From a bacterium (lineage in GTDB: Bacteria > Elusimicrobiota > Elusimicrobia > UBA1565 > UBA9628), in the NCBI GenBank assembly GCA_021782205.1, contig JAJXVH010000007.1, forward strand, positions 5,514-69,513: 64,000 bases of DNA, written 5' to 3'. Position numbers and translations under genes: made by a program. The notes under the pieces are model-generated. The model was not told the origin of the DNA. It did no database searches and worked only from the letters and a program-made list of their open reading frames with translations. Below, one piece after another: positions 17,568 through 26,422 of the stretch. Positions within the stretch are counted from its first letter, which is position 1. Every line of letters begins with the position of its first letter.

Positions 17568-19021
17568 CGCTCGCCGGTTCCCGCCTGACCTCCATCGCGT
17601 CGCACCTGGAGCGGGAGCCGCGCCGCGTCGCGGGGCATGCCGCGCGGCGCCTTGGGACGCGGGTTCTGGTCACTTCCGATTCCGGGCGCTGGATCACGCT
17701 TTCGCACGGGGAATATGATCGCTATCTGTCCGGCGGCGTGAGCGACGACGAACCCTTGGGCGCCACGCTGGCGGAGCGCGGCTTGCTGCGCGATCGTCTG
17801 GATTTCGCGGCGCTTGGAGAAGCGTTTTCATCCCGGCATCTTCTTCGATGGCCCGGTCCCGGAGTACACACGATCGTGGTCACCCGCCGGTGCAACTTTC
17901 GGTGCGTCTATTGCCACGCGAGCGTCGTTCCCGAAGATGATCGTTCGACGGACATGACTCCGGAAATCGCGAGGGCCGCGGTCGATCTGGCCTTTCAATC
18001 GTCCAATCCGGAAATGACGATCGAATTCCAGGGCGGCGAGCCCTTGCTGAATTGGCCGGTGGTCAAATTCATCATCGATTATGCCCGCCTCAAGAACGTC
18101 GTTGCGGGAAAACGTCTGCATTTTGGTTTGATCTCGAACTTCAGCTTGCTCGACGACGCGAAAATCGACTGGCTTGTCGAGCGCGGAGTCAGCTTCTGTA
18201 CATCCCTGGACGGCCCCGCGGATATTCACGACGCGAATCGGGTGTATCTGGGCGGCAATGGCCATGCCTCGGTCGTCGCCGGCCTCAAGGCGATCCAGGC
18301 TCGACGCGCCGCGGGCGCGAAAATTGATTCGCCCAACGCGATCTGCACGGTCACACGGCTTGCGCTGACGCGGCAAAAAGAGATCATCGATCAAGCGGTG
18401 GAATTGGGCCTTGAGCGGATTCAATTGGGCCCGCTCGACCCGGTCGGTTTTGCCCGCCGATCTTGGGGCCGCGTGGGATACTCGTCTTCGGAATTCGTCG
18501 ATTTCTACGCGCGGGCGCTGGACTATCTGATCGCGCTCAATCAGCGCGGCGTGAAAGCGTATGAAAAAACCGCGCTCGTGCTTTTGATCCGCATCCTGCG
18601 CGGTGAGCATTGGCGCTTTCCAAACGCCGACGGCGCCGCGCGCTTGGCCTATGATTGGGACGGCGGCGTGTACACGTCCGAGGACGGCCGATTGTTGGCC
18701 GCGGACGGTGACGAATTCTTCCGCGTCGGAGAAGCCGGGCGCTCGAATTTGGCGGAGATCCTCGACCATCCGCTGGTAAAGACCTCGCAGTACGCGGCCC
18801 TGCCCTGGGCGCAGCCGATGTGCTCGCAGTGCGCTTACGCGCCTTACTGCACGGTGCAGCCGGTCTTCAACTATGAGACGCAAGGCAGCCCGTGGGGCCG
18901 CATGCCGGTCAACGGCTGGTGTGAAAAAATGATGGGAATTTTCGACGTGCTGTTCGCGCGGCTGGAGGACCCGGCGGCGCGGACCGTGCTCGAGTCGTGG
19001 CTCGAGTATAAAGACCGATAG
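17564..19021 (+). CDS. hxsB: His-Xaa-Ser system radical SAM maturase HxsB (second copy)
   Basis: VHTIVVTRRCNFRCVYC, IEFQGGEPLLNW, TSLDGP, CSQCAYAPYC. Confidence 0.88.
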   Translation: MTLAGSRLTSIASHLEREPRRVAGHAARRLGTRVLVTSDSGRWITLSHGEYDRYLSGGVSDDEPLGATLAERGLLRDRLDFAALGEAFSSRHLLRWPGPGVHTIVVTRRCNFRCVYCHASVVPEDDRSTDMTPEIARAAVDLAFQSSNPEMTIEFQGGEPLLNWPVVKFIIDYARLKNVVAGKRLHFGLISNFSLLDDAKIDWLVERGVSFCTSLDGPADIHDANRVYLGGNGHASVVAGLKAIQARRAAGAKIDSPNAICTVTRLALTRQKEIIDQAVELGLERIQLGPLDPVGFARRSWGRVGYSSSEFVDFYARALDYLIALNQRGVKAYEKTALVLLIRILRGEHWRFPNADGAARLAYDWDGGVYTSEDGRLLAADGDEFFRVGEAGRSNLAEILDHPLVKTSQYAALPWAQPMCSQCAYAPYCTVQPVFNYETQGSPWGRMPVNGWCEKMMGIFDVLFARLEDPAARTVLESWLEYKDR

Positions 19022-19045
19022 CGCGTGCGCGCGGAGGACGAGAGA

Positions 19046-19411
19046 ATGGCCAAGAAGAACGCGAAGAAGGGCGGAAAGACGAAGGATTCCAGCAAGCTAA
19101 AAAAAGGCAAGTTGCTGTCCCGGGTCAAGAAGGACGCCTCGGTGTTCCTGAGCTCGGAGGAGGGCAAGGTCACCAAGGAAAATGTCGTCAAGACGGCTGC
19201 GGCTCTCGGCATCATCGGCGCGGCCCTGCTGAAGGCCTCGCCCGCGCCCGCGGCCCACGGAAACTATCTGCACAATTCCGGCGGAGTCGGGTCGCATACC
19301 AGCCATGGCTCACACGGATCTCACGGCTCCCATGGTTCCCACGGTTCCCACGGTTCCCACGGTTCTCACGGCTCTCATTGCCGCGGTGGGTGGTGCAACC
19401 CGAGATGCTGA
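19046..19411 (+). CDS. hxsA: His-Xaa-Ser repeat RiPP precursor (HxsA-type)
   Basis: Lys-rich leader, FLSSEEGK, hydrophobic stretch, HNS, HTS+(HGS)8, HCRGGWCNPRC; GGAGG upstream of ATG 19046. Confidence 0.92.
   Translation: MAKKNAKKGGKTKDSSKLKKGKLLSRVKKDASVFLSSEEGKVTKENVVKTAAALGIIGAALLKASPAPAAHGNYLHNSGGVGSHTSHGSHGSHGSHGSHGSHGSHGSHGSHCRGGWCNPRC
19295..19375 (+). repeat. nine 9-bp tandem units encoding His-Xaa-Ser
   Basis: cat acc agc then 8x CAY GGN TCN with synonymous variation. Confidence 0.95.
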
Positions 19412-19448
19412 GCGCGGGCGGCGGCGCGCGGGGGACTGAGAGCTTTCG

Positions 19449-20552
19449 GTGGCTCTGGACCACCTAGCCGTCTATCTGAGCAATAGCTGCAACTTGGCCT
19501 GCAGCTATTGCTATGTCGCGGTCAATCAAGGTCCGGCCGCACGCCTGGATTTTGATGCCGTGCGGCGTGCGGTCGACGAGTTCGTGGCGCGGGTCTCGCC
19601 CGATAAGCGGAAGGTCACTTTTATCGGCGGCGAGCCGCTTCTTGATTGGCCGTTGTTCGTCGAGTCCGCCCGCTACGCGCGCAGGGCGATGGGTCCAAGC
19701 GGGGTGCTGCAGACGTTCACGAACGGGACCTTGCTGACTCCTTCGAAGATTTCTTTTTTTGAAGAGGTCGGCGTTCATTGCACCGTAAGCGTGGACGGCC
19801 GCAAAGAAGACAACGACCTTCATCGTGTTTTCTATAAAACCGTCGGCCGATCCGTGTATGACGACGTGATGGAGCGTCTGCGGCCCTTGGACAAATCCCG
19901 TTTGGGCGTCAGCCTGGTCTTCACGGCGCGCACCGTGGACCGTCTTCTGTCCAACGTGGACGCATTCCATCGCATGGGATTCGGGCGGGTGACGTTCAAT
20001 CCGGAGCTTTATGAGGCATGGCCGGAAGAAAAAATCGAGGCCATGCGGCTTGCGCTAAAAGGCCTTTCGCGCTGGTACCGTGCGTTGCTCGACGCGGGCG
20101 TTCGTCCGCCTCAGTTGCAGATACTCTATGCGGTCTTGGAGGCCGACGAACAGAATGCGGTCGACCCTCTTTGGTGGCGCGACTGCCATAATATGACCCT
20201 GGGGCCGGACGGTCGTTACTATTCGTGCGACAAAGCGCTTTCTCATCCGATCGGAACCGCGGACGGCTTGGTCTCCGGCTCCGCGCAGACCGGCATGGAC
20301 TGGGCGGGCCGCCAAGAGCGGCTCGACGACCCGGCGGCGCTCATCGAGTCCAGCGGAGAGGGTGCCGGCCATGTGTTTTGCCCGATCGGTGTGGTCGAAC
20401 ACGCCCGCCTTGCGGGACGCGACCCGGCACCGGCGTTGAAGAATTTTAGGCGCGTGGCCGACGCTTTTTCCGTCGGGTTGCATGACCTCGTCTCGCGATG
20501 CTCCGGCCATCCCGTCTACGAGGAAATGTATGGACGCGCCCGCGCCTGCTGA
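19449..20552 (+). CDS. radical SAM protein with twitch/SPASM-like cysteines
   Basis: CNLACSYC, GGEPLL, TNG, SVDG, DCH...SCD...FCP. Confidence 0.9.
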   Translation: MALDHLAVYLSNSCNLACSYCYVAVNQGPAARLDFDAVRRAVDEFVARVSPDKRKVTFIGGEPLLDWPLFVESARYARRAMGPSGVLQTFTNGTLLTPSKISFFEEVGVHCTVSVDGRKEDNDLHRVFYKTVGRSVYDDVMERLRPLDKSRLGVSLVFTARTVDRLLSNVDAFHRMGFGRVTFNPELYEAWPEEKIEAMRLALKGLSRWYRALLDAGVRPPQLQILYAVLEADEQNAVDPLWWRDCHNMTLGPDGRYYSCDKALSHPIGTADGLVSGSAQTGMDWAGRQERLDDPAALIESSGEGAGHVFCPIGVVEHARLAGRDPAPALKNFRRVADAFSVGLHDLVSRCSGHPVYEEMYGRARAC

Positions 20553-21687
20553 AATCCACGCCGCCTATGGTCCCGCGGAACTGGCGCGTCTGCGTGCTTT
20601 GGGGTTGGCGACGAATAAGGAAATTCGCCGATTTAAAGTCGCCGTAAATACCGCCTGTCCGTTGCGCTGCGATTACTGCTTCATCGACAAGGATTCCGGT
20701 GAAACGATCTCTTGGGAGCACGTGGCCGGACTTGTGCGCTTCCTGCTGTCTTCACCCGGCCACGTGAAGAAACTTCTGTTGTACGGTGGAGAGCCGTTTC
20801 TGAATTTCGCGCTGGTGCGCGAGATCGCACTCTACGCCCGCGCCGAGGCGCTCAAGGCCGGAAAGGATTTGGATTTGTCGATCTGCACCAGCGCGGCTCT
20901 CCCGTTGCGCACCGAATGGCTGGAATTCCTGCGCGACCAGCGGTTCTTCTTATCAGTCAGCATGGACGGAGACGCCGCGACCCATGACGCTCATAGACAC
21001 GACAAGGGCGGCGTCGGTTCTCATGCGCGCATGATTCCGAATCTGCCGCCGATTTTCGAATCGATCGGTCGCCGCCGCGCGATGGCGATTCAATGCGTGC
21101 ATCCCGGCAATGTCGAGAAAATGCTCGACAACTTCAAAACCCTCGCTGGTTATGGATTCGAGAATATTGAAATTGAAGTCATTCATGGGTTCGGCTGGAA
21201 AGACAAGAAGCATCTTTTTCGCCCAATGATGCAGAGAGTGTTGGACTGGGTGTGGGAGGAGGCCCGGGCGGGGCGGCGACGCTTTGTCGTTTGTTCGCTG
21301 GTGCCGCTGATGCTCAAGGATGGCGTCGTTCGCGAGGATTGGTGCCCGTTCCACTCATCGATGGAAACGTACCCTGACGGCAGCTTTTCATTCTATCCGT
21401 TCGCGTTCGTGGATTGGGATGGACGCAGACGCTCCAAAGTGGGGGACGCCTCCGGTGGAATTCCGCCGCGTTTCCAGGATTGCTCATTCGACCTGGGATC
21501 GGATAAATGTCGGAACTGCACCACCGATTACTATAAGAATCCGTCCGTGAACGAAGGCAACGATCCCTATCGCTGGCGCACCGAGATGGCGCGTGCGTTC
21601 ATGGACAAGGTCGCAATGGTCGCGCGAACCGATCCGACGATGAAGGAATATCTGAAGGAGGCGCTGATTCGGTGCCGCATCAGCTGA
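20530..21687 (+). CDS. radical SAM protein
   Basis: CPLRCDYC, YGGEP, SMDG, WCPF, DCSF...KCRNC; start uncertain (ORF open from 20482). Confidence 0.88.
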   Translation: MDAPAPAEIHAAYGPAELARLRALGLATNKEIRRFKVAVNTACPLRCDYCFIDKDSGETISWEHVAGLVRFLLSSPGHVKKLLLYGGEPFLNFALVREIALYARAEALKAGKDLDLSICTSAALPLRTEWLEFLRDQRFFLSVSMDGDAATHDAHRHDKGGVGSHARMIPNLPPIFESIGRRRAMAIQCVHPGNVEKMLDNFKTLAGYGFENIEIEVIHGFGWKDKKHLFRPMMQRVLDWVWEEARAGRRRFVVCSLVPLMLKDGVVREDWCPFHSSMETYPDGSFSFYPFAFVDWDGRRRSKVGDASGGIPPRFQDCSFDLGSDKCRNCTTDYYKNPSVNEGNDPYRWRTEMARAFMDKVAMVARTDPTMKEYLKEALIRCRIS

Positions 21688-24600
21688 CGTTGCTGGGATC
21701 CTCGCCCAATGCCGTGCTGCGCCGCGGCGCGGTGAAGGCGAACCTGATCCACCACCTGGCGCACACGGGTGGAACGAACGTCCTTCGACGGATCGGGCGC
21801 GCTTACGCGCCGCCGCGGGATTGGATTCCTGCGTCCGGACGTCCGGTTTCTGCTTCGACGGCGAGAGCGTTTGACGCCGCCTTCGGCGTTGCGACCCCGC
21901 GTCTCTCCCGCCGCCATCCCGTCCTCGCCACGCTGGCGCGCGCCGCGGGCCGCGATGAGTTCTGGGCCCATTTCGGCCTTGCCTTCCACTTCTTGCGCGT
22001 CTGGGAGGGAGATGAGCCGTTTCGCGACGCTCTGGCGCACGCCGACGCGGCGCTGCGCTTCGAGCCGGACTGGGCGTGGGGGTATCTCCTACGCGGGGAA
22101 ATAAAGCGCTCGCTGATTGATTACGCGGGCGCGGCCCTCGACCTGCACCGGGCCGCCGCCCTCGACCCGGGTTGGTCCTGGGCCGAAGGATTTCTTTCGC
22201 GGGCGCTTTTCCAGCGCGGCACCGACGCTTCGGGCCTGGAGCCTTTGGACCGAGCGGTGACCCTGGGCCCGCGCGAAGGTTTTTTACGCTGCTGGCGCGC
22301 GGAAGCGTATCGCCGTCTGGGCCGGACGTCGGAGGCTCAGCGTGAATTTAGCGAAGGGTTGAGCCTGGATCCGCTCTATGACCAGGGCTATGGCTGGCGC
22401 GCGCGCCTGCTGGACGCGCAGGGCCGCCATGACGAGGCTGCCGCGGATTTGCGTCGCGGCATCGACTTGTGTCCGCATTTTGAAAAGGCTCATCGGCAAC
22501 TTGTGCGCTCCCTGCGCGGGGCCGGTAAGACGGGCGCGGCCCTGCGCGAGCTTGACCGCGCCGCGACGCTCAATCACCGCAATAACTGGCTGGGTGTCTG
22601 GCGTGTCGAGGGTCATCCGGATGACGCGACGGCCCGCCAAGCGCTGGCTGAGATCGATGCGCATCTGGCGCGCCGTCCCCGCGATGCGCGCGCGCTAGCC
22701 TGGAAGGGCGAAACGCTGGCCCAGATCGGACGGCTGACCGAGGCAATCGACATCCTCGACGCCGCGCTGAATCTCAAGGCGGACGACGCCTGGGCGTTGT
22801 GTTGGCGAGGCGAGGCCCTGTTGGGATTGGGCCGCGTCGCGGAAGCGCGGGCGGACCTGGACCGCGCGATTGTCCGCGACGCCTCCTACGGACGCGCGTG
22901 GGCCTGGCGAGGTCGCGTGCGGCTCCTCTGCGGCGATTTCGAGGGGGCTGAAAATGACCTGACCAGGGCGCTGTCGGTCAAGAGAGTCGAGTACTCCTGG
23001 ATATGCGCCTGGCGCGGAGAAGCAAGGCTCGAACTCGGCCGACTCGAGGACGCGACCCGCGACTTTGACGCCGTCCTCGCGCTTGACCCAGGCCAAGCGC
23101 GCTTCCGACGGCTGCGGGCACGCGCGGCGCGCGGCGAGGCGGCGGGCGCGCAATCCGATCTTGACGCGGCGCGTGTGTCCTCCGATTTCGCTTTCGAGTC
23201 TTCGACGCCCGTACTCTGGGGTCATCTGCCGTGGCGGACGATTCTGGCGGTCGAGGAGCGGCGTCTTGCGGGCGACGCCCGGGGCGGTCTGCGCCGTCTA
23301 AATCCGGTCGTGCGCCGCCATGGCGGAGAGGCCCCCTGGCTCTACATTCTGCGCTACCGTCTGCGGCGCGCGCTGGGCGCGGCCAACGCGCACCGTGACG
23401 TCGATCTCGCTTTCCGCCGTGATCCGAACTCCGGCTGGATCGCAGGCTTGGTGGCGGCTCCGCCATCCGCGGCGCGGCAAGCTCTTCTCTTGCGCGATTC
23501 CTGGAGGGGATTCGCGGACGACGCCTCTTGCGCGCCCCTCCACGCCTATCACGGGCATGATCTTTTCCGGCGAGGCGACGCGACGGGAGGACTGAAAGCG
23601 CTTGAGCGCGCGGTCGGTCTGGAACCGTCGGCGTGGATCCTGGCGTGGCTCGGTGAGGCTCTTCGTTCCGCAGGGCGCCCTGAGGAAGCGCGCGCGGCGT
23701 TGGATCGTGCCCTCGCTCTCGATGCGCGCTATGACAACGCCTGGGCTTGGCGCGCGACGTTGAAGCTTGCCGAAGCGGACGCCGCGGGCGCATTGACGGA
23801 TCTGCGGCGTGCCATTGCGCTGCGGCCTACCGCTCGAGCGCTCCATGAGTTGGCCCGGACTTTGCGCGCCCTAGGTCGAACCGAGGATTCGCTGGACGCG
23901 CTGGCTAGCGCGGCGCGACTCAATGCCGAGCTTGGCTGGTCTGGGCTTCGCGACGAGGCCGCCCCGCAGGCTTTAGAGGAAATCCGGGCGCTACGTGTTC
24001 GCCGCGACGGGCCGCGACTGCGGGAATGGGAGGCCGACGCTCTTCTTCGCCTCGGTCAGCCGGGGCAGGCGCTGGCGATTCTAAAGGGCGCGCGCTCCGC
24101 GTGGGCGCGAACGCGCCGGGCCGAGGCCCTTTTACAGCTGGAAGGTCCATCGTCCCGCGCTCTTGAAGAGGCGCTGGCGGCATCTCGCGGAGACCCGCGT
24201 TGGGCCAAGAGCCGAGCCGTGGCGGCGCAGGCCACTTTGCGCGCGGGCGACACGGCTGCGGCCGCCGTCCATGCCGCGGCGGCCGTCCGGCTCAACCCCT
24301 TTTCCGCGCGGCTGCGCGTTCTGCGCGCCGAGGCGCTGGCCGCGTCCGGCCGACGCCGCGCGGCGAAACGCGAGTTGGAGCGCGCGCGCGCTTTGGCTCC
24401 GGGCTACGCGTTGGCGCGGCAACGACTGGAAGAGCTTCAATTCGGACGACCCATCGACGCGCCGTCGCTTATTCCTGCTTCCGATCCGATCGGCGGCGAG
24501 CCGAAGTCATTGGAATTTTTTGTCAATTATTCCTGCAACGCCAAATGCCCGTTCTGTTTTAATCCCCCGGATGCCTCCGCCGAGCTTGAGCGGGGCCTGC

Positions 24601-25460
24601 CTTTGCGGGAATTAGCCGCGCGCCTCCTGTCCGGCTGGCGCGAAGGTTATCGTGCCGTCAAATTTATCGGCGGTGAAGTCACCGTGCGGGAGGATCTGCC
24701 TCAGATCCTCGCCGCGGCCCGGCAGATCGGCTACCGCTCTATTCAGTTGACGACCAACGGCCTGCGTCTCGCCGACCCGGCTTATGCGCGGCGCTTGGTC
24801 ACGCTCGGCGTTAATCGCGTGCGTTTTTCCGTCCATGGGCATCTTTCGGAACTTCATGACCGGCTGGTGGGCGTTCCGGGGGCGCTCGCGAAAATTGAAC
24901 TGGCGGCCGGCCACTTGCGGCCGCTCGGGGTGTCACTTGGCGTCAACTACGTCTTGAATCGAGTGAACGTTGGAGCATTTCCGGAAACCCTCGACTGGCT
25001 TTACGGTTCCTTCGGGGTCGACGACGTGATTGTCTATTTCTTGCGCTATCAGGGCTTTGGGGCCCTGCTTGAAAATAAGAACTCGCTCAAGCTTTCGTTT
25101 TCGGAGGCGGTCGGGCCCGTGCGGGAAGGCCTTTCCCGTTTGCGCGCGCGCGGGACCTTGCGAATGCCGCAATTGATTCATTTTACGCCCTGCGTGGCCC
25201 CGGAATGGACGAAATTGATGGCCGATTGGACCCGGGACCCTGCCGGCAGCGGTCAAGGCAATACATCCGAGGACCGCGTGACGATGCCCGACGGTACGAC
25301 CGGCTTGATCCATGCGGTGACCAACAGCGGCAAACGGCCCGTGGCCGCCTGCGCGTTCTGCGCGATCCGTGAGCGCTGTCTGGGTGTCGAGGAAAACTAC
25401 GTCTCCGAGTTCGGGGAGAATGAATTTCATCCGCTGCGCCTCGCGGAGGTGGCCGCATGA
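21672..25460 (+). CDS. TPR-repeat / radical SAM fusion protein
   Basis: about 930 aa of Trp-rich TPRs, then CNAKCPFC, GGEVT, TTNG, CAFC-x5-CLG; true start may be GTG 21732. Confidence 0.85.
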   Translation: MPHQLTLLGSSPNAVLRRGAVKANLIHHLAHTGGTNVLRRIGRAYAPPRDWIPASGRPVSASTARAFDAAFGVATPRLSRRHPVLATLARAAGRDEFWAHFGLAFHFLRVWEGDEPFRDALAHADAALRFEPDWAWGYLLRGEIKRSLIDYAGAALDLHRAAALDPGWSWAEGFLSRALFQRGTDASGLEPLDRAVTLGPREGFLRCWRAEAYRRLGRTSEAQREFSEGLSLDPLYDQGYGWRARLLDAQGRHDEAAADLRRGIDLCPHFEKAHRQLVRSLRGAGKTGAALRELDRAATLNHRNNWLGVWRVEGHPDDATARQALAEIDAHLARRPRDARALAWKGETLAQIGRLTEAIDILDAALNLKADDAWALCWRGEALLGLGRVAEARADLDRAIVRDASYGRAWAWRGRVRLLCGDFEGAENDLTRALSVKRVEYSWICAWRGEARLELGRLEDATRDFDAVLALDPGQARFRRLRARAARGEAAGAQSDLDAARVSSDFAFESSTPVLWGHLPWRTILAVEERRLAGDARGGLRRLNPVVRRHGGEAPWLYILRYRLRRALGAANAHRDVDLAFRRDPNSGWIAGLVAAPPSAARQALLLRDSWRGFADDASCAPLHAYHGHDLFRRGDATGGLKALERAVGLEPSAWILAWLGEALRSAGRPEEARAALDRALALDARYDNAWAWRATLKLAEADAAGALTDLRRAIALRPTARALHELARTLRALGRTEDSLDALASAARLNAELGWSGLRDEAAPQALEEIRALRVRRDGPRLREWEADALLRLGQPGQALAILKGARSAWARTRRAEALLQLEGPSSRALEEALAASRGDPRWAKSRAVAAQATLRAGDTAAAAVHAAAAVRLNPFSARLRVLRAEALAASGRRRAAKRELERARALAPGYALARQRLEELQFGRPIDAPSLIPASDPIGGEPKSLEFFVNYSCNAKCPFCFNPPDASAELERGLPLRELAARLLSGWREGYRAVKFIGGEVTVREDLPQILAAARQIGYRSIQLTTNGLRLADPAYARRLVTLGVNRVRFSVHGHLSELHDRLVGVPGALAKIELAAGHLRPLGVSLGVNYVLNRVNVGAFPETLDWLYGSFGVDDVIVYFLRYQGFGALLENKNSLKLSFSEAVGPVREGLSRLRARGTLRMPQLIHFTPCVAPEWTKLMADWTRDPAGSGQGNTSEDRVTMPDGTTGLIHAVTNSGKRPVAACAFCAIRERCLGVEENYVSEFGENEFHPLRLAEVAA

Positions 25461-26422
25461 AGACAGACGACCCCACCCTCGAGTTGTTTCTCAATTATGC
25501 CTGCCAGGCGAAATGCGGATTCTGCTATAACCCGCCTATCGACGATCAGCTCCTGCGCCTCGAGCTTTCCTTTGAACAGGCCGCGGCCGCCCTCTACCAA
25601 GCTTCGCATGGCGGCACGCGTCGCCTGAATCTTCACGGAGGTGAAGTGACTCTCCGTGATGACCTGCCGAAAATTGTACGCCTCGCGCGCAAGCTTGGTT
25701 TCATCGACATCACTTTGGTCACCAACGGCGTGCGTCTTGGCGACGGCCGCTACGCGCGCTCGCTCGCGTCTGCGGGCTTGACCAGCGCGCGCCTCTCCAT
25801 CCATGCGCCGAACGCCCCGGCGCATGACGCGATTGTTCAAGTGCCCGGGGCTTTTGTGCGCGCGCGGCGCGCGATGGCCCACATGGAGAAGCTCGGCGTC
25901 GCGGTGGGAATTAACTTCGTGCTCATTGCGGAGAATGCTTCTCTCTTGCCGGAGTTCCTGAAGATGTTCGTCGTTGACGCTGGAGTCAAGGACGTCATCG
26001 TGTATTTCCCGCATGAACGCGGGATGATGGCGCTAAATGCCGCGCGTCTGTCGATGTCCTATCAGGACACGCATGCGCACCTGCTGGACGCGGCCGCGAT
26101 GCTGACGGCAGCGGGGCGGCGCGACGCGCTAAAGATCGCCAATGTCCCACCCTGCGCCGCTCCGGAACTTCTGGATGTCCTTCTTGATTGGGAGCGCTCT
26201 CATGAAGGTTCTCCCGCCGCGATGCTTCACCCGGAAGGGCATGAGTCCGATCTTTCCGCCATGAAGGACGGACAACGGCGGCCGATCGCCGCATGCCGAT
26301 CTTGCACGCTCTCCGCGCGATGTCGAGGAGTCGAATCCGAGTACCTGCGCCGGCACGGAGACGCCGCTTTACGCCCATTGGACGCCGTCCCGTTCTTGCC
26401 GCCCGTGGGAGCCCGGCGATGA
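25457..26422 (+). CDS. radical SAM protein (HxsC-like)
   Basis: CQAKCGFC, GGEVT, TNG, NVPPC, CRSC-x5-CRG. Confidence 0.9.
   Translation: MKTDDPTLELFLNYACQAKCGFCYNPPIDDQLLRLELSFEQAAAALYQASHGGTRRLNLHGGEVTLRDDLPKIVRLARKLGFIDITLVTNGVRLGDGRYARSLASAGLTSARLSIHAPNAPAHDAIVQVPGAFVRARRAMAHMEKLGVAVGINFVLIAENASLLPEFLKMFVVDAGVKDVIVYFPHERGMMALNAARLSMSYQDTHAHLLDAAAMLTAAGRRDALKIANVPPCAAPELLDVLLDWERSHEGSPAAMLHPEGHESDLSAMKDGQRRPIAACRSCTLSARCRGVESEYLRRHGDAALRPLDAVPFLPPVGARR

Noticed and set aside
15565-19021. Missing first-auxiliary-cluster cysteines in the two HxsB copies as a novelty
   Set aside because: As far as I recall many HxsB proteins also lack these Cys, so I cannot call it unusual
19295-19375. Tandem repeat as CRISPR or non-coding VNTR
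   Set aside because: 9-bp in-frame units with synonymous variation, no spacers, no cas genes
19409-19440. Selenocysteine read-through of the precursor TGA
   Set aside because: No convincing SECIS-like hairpin; a second in-frame TGA follows after 8 unremarkable codons
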